DNA of 48,327 bases from an uncultured Spirochaetales bacterium (GTDB taxonomy: Bacteria; UBP6; UBA1177), in NCBI GenBank assembly GCA_964614215.1, contig CAZTKP010000002.1, forward strand, positions 1 through 48,327, given 5' to 3'. The position numbers and the translations under genes are program-made. The notes under the pieces were generated by a model. The model was not told the DNA's origin and made no database searches. It saw only the letters and a program-made list of their open reading frames with translations. This document shows positions 28,272 through 37,580 of this stretch, piece by piece. The number at the start of each line of letters is the position of its first letter. The first letter of the stretch is position 1.

Positions 28272-29042
28272 ATGAAAAAAGACCTGCTTGCTAAATACGG
28301 GCTTTCTAAAGACAAACTCCCGAAACACATTGCCATCATAATGGATGGAAACGGACGATGGGCAAAAAAGAACCTCTGGAGGAGGATAAAAGGACATTAT
28401 GAAGGTGCGAAAACGGTTGATGTTATAACATCTTTCTGCGCCAAGATAGGGATCGAGAATCTTACACTTTATGCTTTCTCAACAGAAAACTGGAAAAGAC
28501 CTGAAAAGGAAATTGAAGGTCTGATGGGTCTGCTTAGGGAATATCTCGACAGTAAAAAGGAAGTGATGCTTAAGAACAGGATCAGATTCAGAATATTCGG
28601 TGACTATTCAGTTTTTCCGGATGATATAAAAGAGAAAATAGAATCAACGGTTAAAGAAACTTCTGCTCAGGATACAATAATGTCTCTGAACCTTGCATTA
28701 AACTACGGAGGAAGGACAGAGATCGTTAATGCTGTAAAGATCATCGCTCAGGAAGTTAGAAACAATGAGCTTGACCATAATTCCATAGACGAGAAGACTA
28801 TTGAGAGACACCTTTATTCATACGGTATTCCTGATCCTGATCTTGTTATCAGGACTAGCGGAGAAATAAGGCTTTCGAACTATCTTATCTGGCAGACAGC
28901 ATATTCTGAACTGTATTTTACAGACATACTCTGGCCTGATTTCAGGGAAAAGGAGTTTGCACTTGCTCTTAAGGATTACGAGCGACGGGAAAGACGTTTC
29001 GGAAAAACCAGTGATCAGGTAAAAAGTGGAGAATCAAAATGA
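28272..29042 (+). CDS. uppS: Undecaprenyl diphosphate synthase
   Basis: 256 aa. Motifs HIAIIMDGNGRWA, FSTENW.RP and RTSGE.RLSN. Confidence 0.92.
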   Translation: MKKDLLAKYGLSKDKLPKHIAIIMDGNGRWAKKNLWRRIKGHYEGAKTVDVITSFCAKIGIENLTLYAFSTENWKRPEKEIEGLMGLLREYLDSKKEVMLKNRIRFRIFGDYSVFPDDIKEKIESTVKETSAQDTIMSLNLALNYGGRTEIVNAVKIIAQEVRNNELDHNSIDEKTIERHLYSYGIPDPDLVIRTSGEIRLSNYLIWQTAYSELYFTDILWPDFREKEFALALKDYERRERRFGKTSDQVKSGESK

Positions 29043-29902
29043 AAGACTGGAAAAGATATGTAACCGGACTATCGTTAATGCCTATCGTAATAGGTATAGT
29101 CTACTATCTCCCCGACAGGATATTTCTCTATCTGATCATGGCGGTTGCGTTCCTTGCTCTGATGGAATACACAAGAATGTTCAAAGTGAAAAAGCAGCAT
29201 CTTTTTCTTCCTTCTCTGGTGATTATGCTGCTTATGATCGAAGCAATGAGCAGACTGGGTTTTGTTGACGATCTTAATAACATGAATCTCGGGCAGATCC
29301 AGTCCGGAATGGAAGCGTTCATCTATTTTCTGGTGACTGTGGTTGCCGCTGTAGTGGTTATTCCTACATTATCGCTTTTAGGAAAAGATCCACTTGAAGA
29401 TAAATTTAGAAGCATGGTCATCTATCTGTCAGGATTTTTCTATTTCGGGCTTACATTCGGGCTTTTCAGTCTTGTGAGAAATCATGGAGACAACTACCAC
29501 TGGCTTACATTTGCACTTGCTGTGCCCTGGATATGTGATACTGCGGCATATTTCGGTGGAAAGTTCCTCGGAAAACATAAGTTTGCTCCTGTTATAAGTC
29601 CGAACAAAACATGGGAGGGCGCTATTTCCGGTGTAATATTCTCAACTCTTGCAGGAATTCTCTTCGCAACCTTTCTCTTAACTGGAGAAGATCCGGTCTA
29701 TGTCGGTATTGCCGCTTTTTTTATAGGTATTCTTGGACAGACAGGAGATCTTGTGGAATCACTCCTGAAAAGAGCTGCAGGAGTTAAGGATTCAGGTAAT
29801 GTTTTTCCTGGACACGGCGGAATACTTGATAGAACAGACTCTCTCTTAATGTCTGTTTCGGTTATTTATCTGTTTTTTCTTCTGAAGAGCTATGTGTCCT
29901 GA
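29039..29902 (+). CDS. cdsA: Phosphatidate cytidylyltransferase
   Basis: 287 aa, multi-pass membrane protein. C-terminal signature SLLKR..GVKDSG...PGHGGILDR.DS. Confidence 0.85.
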   Translation: MKDWKRYVTGLSLMPIVIGIVYYLPDRIFLYLIMAVAFLALMEYTRMFKVKKQHLFLPSLVIMLLMIEAMSRLGFVDDLNNMNLGQIQSGMEAFIYFLVTVVAAVVVIPTLSLLGKDPLEDKFRSMVIYLSGFFYFGLTFGLFSLVRNHGDNYHWLTFALAVPWICDTAAYFGGKFLGKHKFAPVISPNKTWEGAISGVIFSTLAGILFATFLLTGEDPVYVGIAAFFIGILGQTGDLVESLLKRAAGVKDSGNVFPGHGGILDRTDSLLMSVSVIYLFFLLKSYVS

Positions 29903-31031
29903 AAAGATAGTTGTCTTCGGGATAACCGGATCTATCGGTTTAAACACCGAAAAGGTGATATCAGCTTTTCCTGATAATTATTCTATCGTAGGTTGCAGTT
30001 GCGGAAAGAATATTGAGAAACTTAATGAGATCATCACCAGGCACTCATCTATTACCGACGTCTGTGTTACTGACGATTCATCGAAATATAATGTGAAAGG
30101 CAGAGTGCAAGTTCATTCAGGCGAAGAGGGCCTTTTTGATCTTTTAGATCTCAGCCCTGACAAGATCGTAATGGCTCTACCTGGAAAACAGGGATGGAAG
30201 GTGACTCTAAAAGCCGTTGAGATGGGGATCCCGGTCCTTCTTGCAAATAAGGAATCTCTTGTTATTGCAGGATTTTTTCTTGGAAAACAGGTAACGACAG
30301 ACAGGGGAAAGATAGTTCCGATAGACAGTGAGCATGCGGCTTTAATGCAGATACTTGACGGTGTGAAAAAAGAAAACATAACCAAGGTGTATCTTACAGC
30401 TTCAGGCGGAGCCTTAAGAAATATGTCGAAGGAAAAAATGCTTGAGGCGAAGGCGGAGCAGGCTCTTGATCATCCAGTCTGGGACATGGGAGCTAAAGTT
30501 ACGATCGACAGTGCAACGATGCTTAATAAAGGTCTTGAGCTTATAGAGGCATTCTGGCTTTTTGATATTGCTCCTGAGTCTTTGGATGTTCTTGTGCATC
30601 CTGAAGTTGATATCCATGCGGCCGTGATCTTTCAGGATGGTTCAAGTCTTGCGCAGGTTGCTCCGAGCAGCATGGTGATTCCTATAGCTTCAGCCATTTC
30701 ATATCCTGAAATGCTGCCTCTTTCAGATAAATTTCCTGAGCTTGTTTCCAGATATGAAAATACTCAAATGAACTTTCTGCCGCCGGATCTTGACAAGTAT
30801 CCGATGCTGAGGCTTGCATTTGACATTTTAAGAAGAAAAGATTTCTCGGGAATGGTTGCATATGCAGTATCCGATGAAGTAGCTGTCGAACGTTTCCTCG
30901 CAGGGCAGGGCAGTATTTCTGATATTCATGACACAGTTTTTAAAGCCGTTGAACATTTCAGTGGCAGACCTAAACCTGAAAGTGTGACCGGAATAAGTGA
31001 TTTTATAAAAGAAATAGAAGAATTCTGCTAG
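29892..31031 (+). CDS. dxr: 1-deoxy-D-xylulose-5-phosphate reductoisomerase
   Basis: 379 aa. Motifs GITGSIG, LANKESLV, PIDSEH and LTASGG. Confidence 0.9.
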   Translation: MCPEKIVVFGITGSIGLNTEKVISAFPDNYSIVGCSCGKNIEKLNEIITRHSSITDVCVTDDSSKYNVKGRVQVHSGEEGLFDLLDLSPDKIVMALPGKQGWKVTLKAVEMGIPVLLANKESLVIAGFFLGKQVTTDRGKIVPIDSEHAALMQILDGVKKENITKVYLTASGGALRNMSKEKMLEAKAEQALDHPVWDMGAKVTIDSATMLNKGLELIEAFWLFDIAPESLDVLVHPEVDIHAAVIFQDGSSLAQVAPSSMVIPIASAISYPEMLPLSDKFPELVSRYENTQMNFLPPDLDKYPMLRLAFDILRRKDFSGMVAYAVSDEVAVERFLAGQGSISDIHDTVFKAVEHFSGRPKPESVTGISDFIKEIEEFC

Positions 31032-31038
31032 AAATTAA

Positions 31039-34000
31039 TTAAAGATCTTCAAGTGCCGCTTTTGCCTTGATGAACATTTCGTTTGAAGGCATTAGGGTCT
31101 TTGTTATAAGGATGAATATCTTTTTCGCCTTATCCTTGTTGGTTTCTTTCATACCGTAAGCTTCCCAGTAAAGAGACTTCGCGGTAGTAGCTATGGATTT
31201 GATCCCGTCAATGGCGATCTGGTTGTTCCTGTCAATAAAGAGAGCCTCGGCAAAAGCTCTTCTGGCGCCAAGGATATCTTTCTTTTCGAGTTGTCTGAGC
31301 CCGTTCTTTGCAAGTGCAGTAGCTTTGAGTTTTAAAATTTCCTCGCTGGCGGCTACACCGATGACCTCTCTTTTCTTAATAATTCTATACTCGTCTTTAA
31401 ATCTTTTCTTAATATCCTGGAGTTCCTGTTCATAAATGGACTTGGTTGCATCTTCGAACCTTCTTTCTATTTCTTTCTTTTTCTCATTTGCAGTTTTGCG
31501 GTCCTCGGCATTCATTCTTTTCATATCTTTTGCAAACTGAGCTTTGTCTTTCTTCCTCTGTTTGCTTTCCACTTTCCACTGTTTCTGTTTTTCAGTCCAT
31601 GCACCTTTTTCGGTCTCAAGAATTCCTTTTCTCTCTTCCTTTCTTCTGGCCTTTTCCTCATTAAGTGACTGGATCTCCTCTTCCCATTTAACCTTCATCT
31701 CTTTCTGAGCATTTTTCTTATCAAGAGCCATCTGGGCATATTTAGTTTCAACATCTTCCTTAGCTTTTTTGTAGTCATCTTTGAGCTTATCATTTTTCTC
31801 TTTCCATGTCTTTTCAAACTTTTCGGAAAGCTCCTGATGTTTAACTTTAATATCCTGACTCCTGTTAGCCCATTTGTTGTTAGTGTCTGATATTTTCTTA
31901 TCTATCCTTTCATTATCCTGTTCAAGGCGTTCCTTTTTCTTGATGTCTATATCCAGCTTTCTATCAAGTGCCTTACGCCTTTTTTCTTTATTCTGGTTCC
32001 ACTTTGAAGAGAGTCTTTCCCTTTCTTTCTGTCTCTTTTCAAGTTTGTTATCTCTTTCTTTCTGAGCGATCTTGATCTGATTGTCGATACTCTTTTTGAA
32101 AAGAGCCTTTCTTTTTTCAAAATTCTGATAAGTTTTCTGGCCTTTTTTCTTTTCTGAGAGCTTTTTCTGTCTAAATGCCTTGTTATCTTTCTGGAGTTCT
32201 TTGTTCTTTTCCACGATCTTCATGTCAAGCTGCATCATCTTAGCATCATATTCCATGTCTAACTTTTGAGTCTGCATGGCGATGAACTCTTCTTTCCCGG
32301 CCTCATGATCAGCGATCTTTTTATCAATCTTCTTGAGGTCTTTCTTAAGTTTAGGAGTTTCCTTTTCAGCTATCTTAGCCTCGATGTCTGCTTTTTCCTT
32401 CTTAAGCTTTTCAAGTTCCTCGTTGAACTTCTTTTCAGCGTCAGCCTTAGCTGTTTCCTTGTTCTTCTTATATTCAGCTTCGACCTTGTCCTTTTCGGCA
32501 TTGACCTCATCCTGGAATTTTGTCATGATCTCAACATTCTTGACAAGGTACTGTTCAATTTCATCATCGTATATTCCGAGCTTTTTCTTTTCTTCAACTT
32601 CTTTCTGGTCATACTCCTGAAGTTTTTTATTAAGCTCATCGAATTTTTTCTGATACTCTTTTTCTACCTGAACTTTGAACTTTCTATCCTCATCTTCGTT
32701 CTTCATCTTTGTAGCTTCATTTTCACTCAGCTTGGAATTTTCAAGCTTGCTGAACTTTTCTTCCTCTATTCTGAGTTTTTCATCTATCTTCTTTATTTCT
32801 TCCAGATTCTTCTTTTTCTTTTCTTCAAGGATATTAAGCTGTTTTTCTACTTTTGCTCCTTCTTTCTCCAACTCGTCTTTCTGTTTTTTATAGAAAGCAT
32901 CTTTTTCATCTGCCATCTTTTTAAGAAGAGCTTTATACTTTTTATCAACGAGCTTGATCTCTGCAAGTCTCTTCTTCTCGTTATTATCAGCGGCTCCTTT
33001 TACAATTCCTTTTTCTTTCTGCTCATAGAGTGTCAGTTTGTTCTCCAGCGCCACTATCTTCTGTTCAAGTTCACTGTCAGATTTTTCCCACTGATACTTG
33101 AGGTCCTTGATCTTTTTAACGAGTTCCGCGTATTTCTGCTTTTCCAGTTTTGCCTGTTCCTTTTCATCGGCATCGAACTGTTTTAACTTCTTTTCTCTGT
33201 CGAGGATCCTGTCATTAAGCCATTTCTTCACATCTGCATGTTCTGCAACTTTCTTTTTCCTTGCAGCTGCAGTTCTGCCTGAGTATTTCTTATGGATCTT
33301 GTTTATTATCCTGTCGTCTTTCGGTGATGGTTCAAGGTAGGTGAGTCTTTCAACGGTATCTTTCTGGAAAGAGCCGTATTTTACACCGAGTTCCTTTATT
33401 GAATCGTCAAGTTTCTCTGCACGGGCAATTAAAGGAAGAGCTTCATTGTATCTTCTTGCTTTGACAGAATCGGTAGCTCTAGCAAGATACTTGGAGATCT
33501 CTTTTACATTTTTGTAGAGTTTCTTGGCGACAACATCTCTTGAAGAAGCCTGTTTGAATTTCTGTTCGGATTTTCTGAGATCTCCATCAGAATAGGCTGA
33601 GAACCCTTCCATAATAAGTTCATCGGCACTGGGTCCGCTGCTGTAGGAACTGCGACTGCTGCTGCTTTTGCGACTGCTTCTATCGTCGTAGCTGTCTTCT
33701 TCTCCCCAATCGTCTTCTTCGCCCATAAGATCATCGAGTTTTTCTGTAAGTGATCCGTGTTTCTTGAAGAATTCATTCCACTTACCTATGATCCTGACCG
33801 CCATTTCGTCAGCGGTGGCAAACTCGTCAAACATGATTTTAGTCTGCTCAAGTTTGTTATACTTCCTATCAAAAAGATATCCGTAAAAAACAACACTGTT
33901 ATTTCTTGTCAGTTTTATCTTTGAAAAAAGAAAGAAATCCATTTTACGGGCAACTTTCTTAGAGTATTTTTTCTGACAGGCAAGATCGGCTCTGCATCTT

Positions 34001-34227
34001 GATATGTCTTTACGGAGATCCTTGGAATAGAGTGACCTGTAACTTACAGCATTAACACCTTTGATGTCTCTCATATTACGGATGATCGACTTGTCTATCT
34101 TTTTAGCAACGGTCCATGAATCTCTTTTTTTGGCACCAATTGGAAAAACAGCAGCTTTATCCGCTGCAAGAAGATTGAAAGAGAAAAGAACCAGAATTAA
34201 CAGGCTCAGAAAAGACAGTTTCTTCAA
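31039..34227 (-). CDS. Giant secreted K/E-rich coiled-coil protein with globular N-terminal domain and TPR-like ends
   Basis: 1062 aa. Cleavable-looking signal peptide (LLAADKA). A ~150-aa mixed N-terminal domain is followed by a Ser-rich linker (SSRKSSSSRSSYSS). Roughly residues 330-960 are almost uninterrupted K/E/Q/D heptad-like sequence. The C-terminus is helical and TPR-like. Confidence 0.8.
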   Translation of the reverse strand: MKKLSFLSLLILVLFSFNLLAADKAAVFPIGAKKRDSWTVAKKIDKSIIRNMRDIKGVNAVSYRSLYSKDLRKDISRCRADLACQKKYSKKVARKMDFFLFSKIKLTRNNSVVFYGYLFDRKYNKLEQTKIMFDEFATADEMAVRIIGKWNEFFKKHGSLTEKLDDLMGEEDDWGEEDSYDDRSSRKSSSSRSSYSSGPSADELIMEGFSAYSDGDLRKSEQKFKQASSRDVVAKKLYKNVKEISKYLARATDSVKARRYNEALPLIARAEKLDDSIKELGVKYGSFQKDTVERLTYLEPSPKDDRIINKIHKKYSGRTAAARKKKVAEHADVKKWLNDRILDREKKLKQFDADEKEQAKLEKQKYAELVKKIKDLKYQWEKSDSELEQKIVALENKLTLYEQKEKGIVKGAADNNEKKRLAEIKLVDKKYKALLKKMADEKDAFYKKQKDELEKEGAKVEKQLNILEEKKKKNLEEIKKIDEKLRIEEEKFSKLENSKLSENEATKMKNEDEDRKFKVQVEKEYQKKFDELNKKLQEYDQKEVEEKKKLGIYDDEIEQYLVKNVEIMTKFQDEVNAEKDKVEAEYKKNKETAKADAEKKFNEELEKLKKEKADIEAKIAEKETPKLKKDLKKIDKKIADHEAGKEEFIAMQTQKLDMEYDAKMMQLDMKIVEKNKELQKDNKAFRQKKLSEKKKGQKTYQNFEKRKALFKKSIDNQIKIAQKERDNKLEKRQKERERLSSKWNQNKEKRRKALDRKLDIDIKKKERLEQDNERIDKKISDTNNKWANRSQDIKVKHQELSEKFEKTWKEKNDKLKDDYKKAKEDVETKYAQMALDKKNAQKEMKVKWEEEIQSLNEEKARRKEERKGILETEKGAWTEKQKQWKVESKQRKKDKAQFAKDMKRMNAEDRKTANEKKKEIERRFEDATKSIYEQELQDIKKRFKDEYRIIKKREVIGVAASEEILKLKATALAKNGLRQLEKKDILGARRAFAEALFIDRNNQIAIDGIKSIATTAKSLYWEAYGMKETNKDKAKKIFILITKTLMPSNEMFIKAKAALEDL

Positions 34228-34342
34228 AATAACCTCCTTTTGATAGGTCTCTTATATAAATAATAAAACTTTCAATACCAACGTTCGCGCGTAAGCGACA
34301 ATATCTAACATTTTTTTATAAGTTAAGTCAAATATTTTTTTA

Positions 34343-34370
34343 TTGACAACGGGAGGACTGTTTCTATAAT
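34343..34370 (+). promoter_or_regulatory. Consensus sigma70 promoter for rpsA (TTGACA, 16-nt spacer, TATAAT)
   Basis: Exact consensus hexamers at 34343-34348 and 34365-34370, about 60 nt upstream of the rpsA ATG. An AGGAGG RBS lies near 34418. Confidence 0.55.
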
Positions 34371-34432
34371 TCCTTTCACACCATTTTGAGGCATCTCAGG
34401 ATCGGTGAATAAAAAACAGGAGGTAATTTTTA

Positions 34433-36259
34433 ATGACAGAAGAGAAGAAAAAAGCTTTTGAAGAGCTCCTTGAGGAGTTTCTGCCGAGCGAGAAAGAGCT
34501 TTCAAGTGAAGAGGTTTGTAAAGGAGAGATCAGGGTTGTAAGAAAGGATTTTATCCTTGTTGATGTCGGTCTGAAAAGTGACGGTATCATTTCAACATCT
34601 GAATTTACTGCTGAAGAGCAGGAAAAACTTAAGGTCGGAGACATTGTTGATGTGGTTGTCGACAAATGGGCTGACGAGAAAGGCAACATCGTGCTTTCAA
34701 AGGAAAAGGCCGAAAAACTTAAGGTATGGGAAGATGTGGAATCTGCCTATGACAACGGAACTCTTGTTAATGGAACTATCATTGCGAGAGTGAACGGCGG
34801 CCTTGCTGTTGATATCGGAGTTAAAGCATTCCTTCCTAATTCACAGGTTGCACTTAGACCTATAAAGAATGTTGATGAACTTATCGGAAAGAACTTTGAT
34901 TTCAAGGTTATAAAGTTTGATAAGAAGAAAGGTAACATCGTAATAAGCAGAAGAGATCTTCTTGAAAAGGAAAGAGAGGCTCTTAAGACTGCTACACTTG
35001 AAAAACTTCATGAAGATGCGATCATCAAAGGTCTTGTCAAGAACATTACTTACTACGGTGTGTTCGTTGATCTTGGCGGAATTGACGGTCTTCTTCACAT
35101 TACTGACATGTCATGGGGAAGAGTGAATCATCCTTCCGAAATGTTCAAGATCGGTGATGAAGTTGATGTAAAGGTTCTCAAGTTTGATAAGGATAGTGAA
35201 AGGGTAAGTCTCGGTGTTAAGCAGATCACTGAGGATCCGTGGGTACATGCAGCTGAAAAATATGCCGCTGAAAAAGTTGTTAAAGGCGTTGTGGTATCTC
35301 TTGAGGATTACGGCGCTTTTGTTGAACTTGAAAAGGGTATCGAAGGTCTTATCCACATCTCTGAAATGTCCTGGACAAGAAGGATCAAGCATCCGAGCAA
35401 GATGGTTGCTATCGGTGATGAAGTTGAAGTTAAGATCCTTGAGATCGATGTAGAGAACAGAAGAATTTCTCTCGGAATGAAGCAGACTGAGCCGAATCCA
35501 TGGGAACTTCTCAAGGAAAAATATCCGGTTAACACAACTGTCAAAGGCGTTATCAGAAATATTACTGATTTCGGTCTTTTTGTTGGAGTTGAAGACGGTA
35601 TTGACGGTCTTGTCAGAACAACTGATATTACATGGGACAGAAAACTTAAGCATCCTTCAGAATACTACAAGAAGGGTGATGAGGTTGAAGCTGTTGTGCT
35701 TAATATTGATTCAGAAAAACAGCGTTTCTCTCTCGGCATCAAGCAGCTTTCAGAAGATCCGTGGAAGATCTTCAGAGATAAGCATGTTGTAGGAGAGAAG
35801 ATCGAAGTTGAAGTTGTTAAGACAACTGATTTCGGTGTTTTTGTAAAAGTTTTTGAATCTATCGAAGGTCTTGTCCATAAGACAGAATTCGAAGATGAGA
35901 GCAAGGAATACAATACAGGCGACAAGATGGAAGTTATCATTAAATCCATCTCTGATACTGACAGAAAAGTTTCTCTGAGCATCAAAGCTGTAAACGATGA
36001 CGAAGCAAAGAAAGACATCGAAGAAGCTGCAAAAGTTGAAAAGGTTCCGGAAAAGCTGGGGTCTTTCGCAGATGCTTTTAAAGCTGCAGAGGAAGAGAAG
36101 GCTGAAGAAGCTCCGGCTGAAGAGCCTGTTGTAGAAGAAAAAGCTGAAGAACCTGTAGAGGAAGCTCCGGTTGAAGAACCTGCTGAAGAAGAAAAAGCTG
36201 AAGAACCTGTAGAGGAAGCTCCGGCAGAAGAAACTGTAGAAGAAGAGAAAGCTGAGTAA
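34433..36259 (+). CDS. rpsA: 30S ribosomal protein S1 with an acidic repetitive C-terminal extension
   Basis: 608 aa. Six S1/OB repeats are recognisable (for example G.V..I..YGVFVDLGGIDGLLHI..MSW). The tail is E/A/P/V-rich. Confidence 0.92.
   Translation: MTEEKKKAFEELLEEFLPSEKELSSEEVCKGEIRVVRKDFILVDVGLKSDGIISTSEFTAEEQEKLKVGDIVDVVVDKWADEKGNIVLSKEKAEKLKVWEDVESAYDNGTLVNGTIIARVNGGLAVDIGVKAFLPNSQVALRPIKNVDELIGKNFDFKVIKFDKKKGNIVISRRDLLEKEREALKTATLEKLHEDAIIKGLVKNITYYGVFVDLGGIDGLLHITDMSWGRVNHPSEMFKIGDEVDVKVLKFDKDSERVSLGVKQITEDPWVHAAEKYAAEKVVKGVVVSLEDYGAFVELEKGIEGLIHISEMSWTRRIKHPSKMVAIGDEVEVKILEIDVENRRISLGMKQTEPNPWELLKEKYPVNTTVKGVIRNITDFGLFVGVEDGIDGLVRTTDITWDRKLKHPSEYYKKGDEVEAVVLNIDSEKQRFSLGIKQLSEDPWKIFRDKHVVGEKIEVEVVKTTDFGVFVKVFESIEGLVHKTEFEDESKEYNTGDKMEVIIKSISDTDRKVSLSIKAVNDDEAKKDIEEAAKVEKVPEKLGSFADAFKAAEEEKAEEAPAEEPVVEEKAEEPVEEAPVEEPAEEEKAEEPVEEAPAEETVEEEKAE
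36089..36256 (+). repeat. In-frame 54-bp (18-aa) tandem repeat encoding the acidic tail of S1
   Basis: Units 36134-36187 and 36188-36241 are near-identical (GAAGAAAAAGCTGAAGAACCTGTAGAGGAAGCTCCGG...). They are flanked by degenerate partial units. Confidence 0.8.
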
Positions 36260-36282
36260 ATTCAGGTTGTTCTATCGTTTAT

Positions 36283-36310
36283 ACGGGCACTTCGGTGCCC
36301 GTTTTTTTTT
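36283..36310 (+). terminator. Rho-independent terminator of rpsA
   Basis: 8-bp GC-rich stem ACGGGCAC / GTGCCCGT with a TTCG loop, followed by nine T. The T-run overlaps the stop codon of the convergent HD-GYP gene. Confidence 0.8.
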
Positions 36311-37580
36311 AGGTGATATCTTTGATGAACAGATCAACGATCTTGGGATCGAACTGAGATCCTGAGTATTTCTTTAGCTCCCTTAAAGCTCTCTGCCAGT
36401 CCTTTTTTCTGTGATATATCCTGTTGGATGTCATAGCATCAAATGCATCGGCAACACGGATGATCCTTGACCCTAGAGGTATCATGTCGTATGAAAGTTT
36501 CTCGGGATATCCCGAACCGTCAAAATTCTCATGGTGATGGAGGATATAGTAGGCTATTTTATCCATCCCGGAGATGTTGTTTATAATGTCGTAACTTTTC
36601 TGGGGATGTTCTCTTATGAGATGCCATTCTTCATCAGTCAGCTTTTCCTTCTTTGAATATATTCTTCTGTCGGTTGTCAGTTTCCCTATATCATGAAGAA
36701 AAGCGGCCCACCGTATTGTTATTATCTCTTCTTCCTCAAGTTCAAGAAGATAGGCTATCTGCACTGAAAGTTCCGCCACTCTCATTGAATGTGTCTCTTC
36801 AGGTGATGTCAGGTTGTCGGTCAGAGTAGCGATCATCTTAAGAAATCTATTTACAGTATCGCTTGAGGAGAAGTAGTAGTTATCAAGCATTTTTTTCTTG
36901 ATCTTCTGCATCTGGGCTTCGATCTTTTCAGGATCACTGATGGTTTCAAGAAACTCAGCATCTGCAACTTTTTCAATAAAGACCTTATATATTTCCGGAT
37001 CGAATTCTTCTCCCGAGATCATGTTAAGAAAAAGGTCAAGTTCATGTTTGTCTTTTATATCATGGAGATTAACAAGAACGTCAACAGAATCGGCAAGTCG
37101 TATTATTCTTGAGAGCAAAGGTATCTGCTCTTTCTTGAGACCCGCAGGGAAACCGCTTCCATCAAAGAACTCATGATGTGATACAATAATGTCGCTTATC
37201 TTTCTGAAAGTGGGGAATCCTTTTAAAATAGTCTGACCACGGAAAGGGTGGGCGAAGATAAAGAAGTCGTTTTTCTGACCGTAGATATCCGGAAGTTTTA
37301 TAAGACTTTCAATAACATGTCCGTTAATTTGAATGCCGCCTATATCATGAAGCAGAGAAGAGAAGAACAGCTCTTTCTGTCTACCTATATCAAAATCCAG
37401 AGCTTCTCCTATCATGCATGAAATAAGACAGACTTTCCAGCTGTGAAGATGATCTGTGCCTTCACTGTCTTTTTCTGTCGCCTTAACCAGTTCAGATATT
37501 AGATCTGCGGCAAAGGTGGTAGGAAAATCGATATCCTGCAGCGGAAGCTGAGTTAATCTTGAATGTGGATGTGTTGTCAC
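36309..37580 (-). CDS. Tandem HD-GYP domain protein (putative c-di-GMP phosphodiesterase)
   Basis: 423 aa. Two HD-GYP modules: LLHDIGG ... HHEFFDGSGFP and LHDIGKL ... HHENFDGSGYP. The GTG start has an AGGAG 8 nt upstream. Confidence 0.85.
   Translation of the reverse strand: MTTHPHSRLTQLPLQDIDFPTTFAADLISELVKATEKDSEGTDHLHSWKVCLISCMIGEALDFDIGRQKELFFSSLLHDIGGIQINGHVIESLIKLPDIYGQKNDFFIFAHPFRGQTILKGFPTFRKISDIIVSHHEFFDGSGFPAGLKKEQIPLLSRIIRLADSVDVLVNLHDIKDKHELDLFLNMISGEEFDPEIYKVFIEKVADAEFLETISDPEKIEAQMQKIKKKMLDNYYFSSSDTVNRFLKMIATLTDNLTSPEETHSMRVAELSVQIAYLLELEEEEIITIRWAAFLHDIGKLTTDRRIYSKKEKLTDEEWHLIREHPQKSYDIINNISGMDKIAYYILHHHENFDGSGYPEKLSYDMIPLGSRIIRVADAFDAMTSNRIYHRKKDWQRALRELKKYSGSQFDPKIVDLFIKDIT

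Noticed and set aside
32266-33186. A 306-aa ORF, plus several 70-95-aa ORFs, antisense to the giant coiled-coil gene.
   Set aside because: They are L/F/S-rich low-complexity mirror images of AAG/GAA-rich codons. They have no start context and no motifs. The sense strand encodes a coherent signal peptide plus coiled coil.
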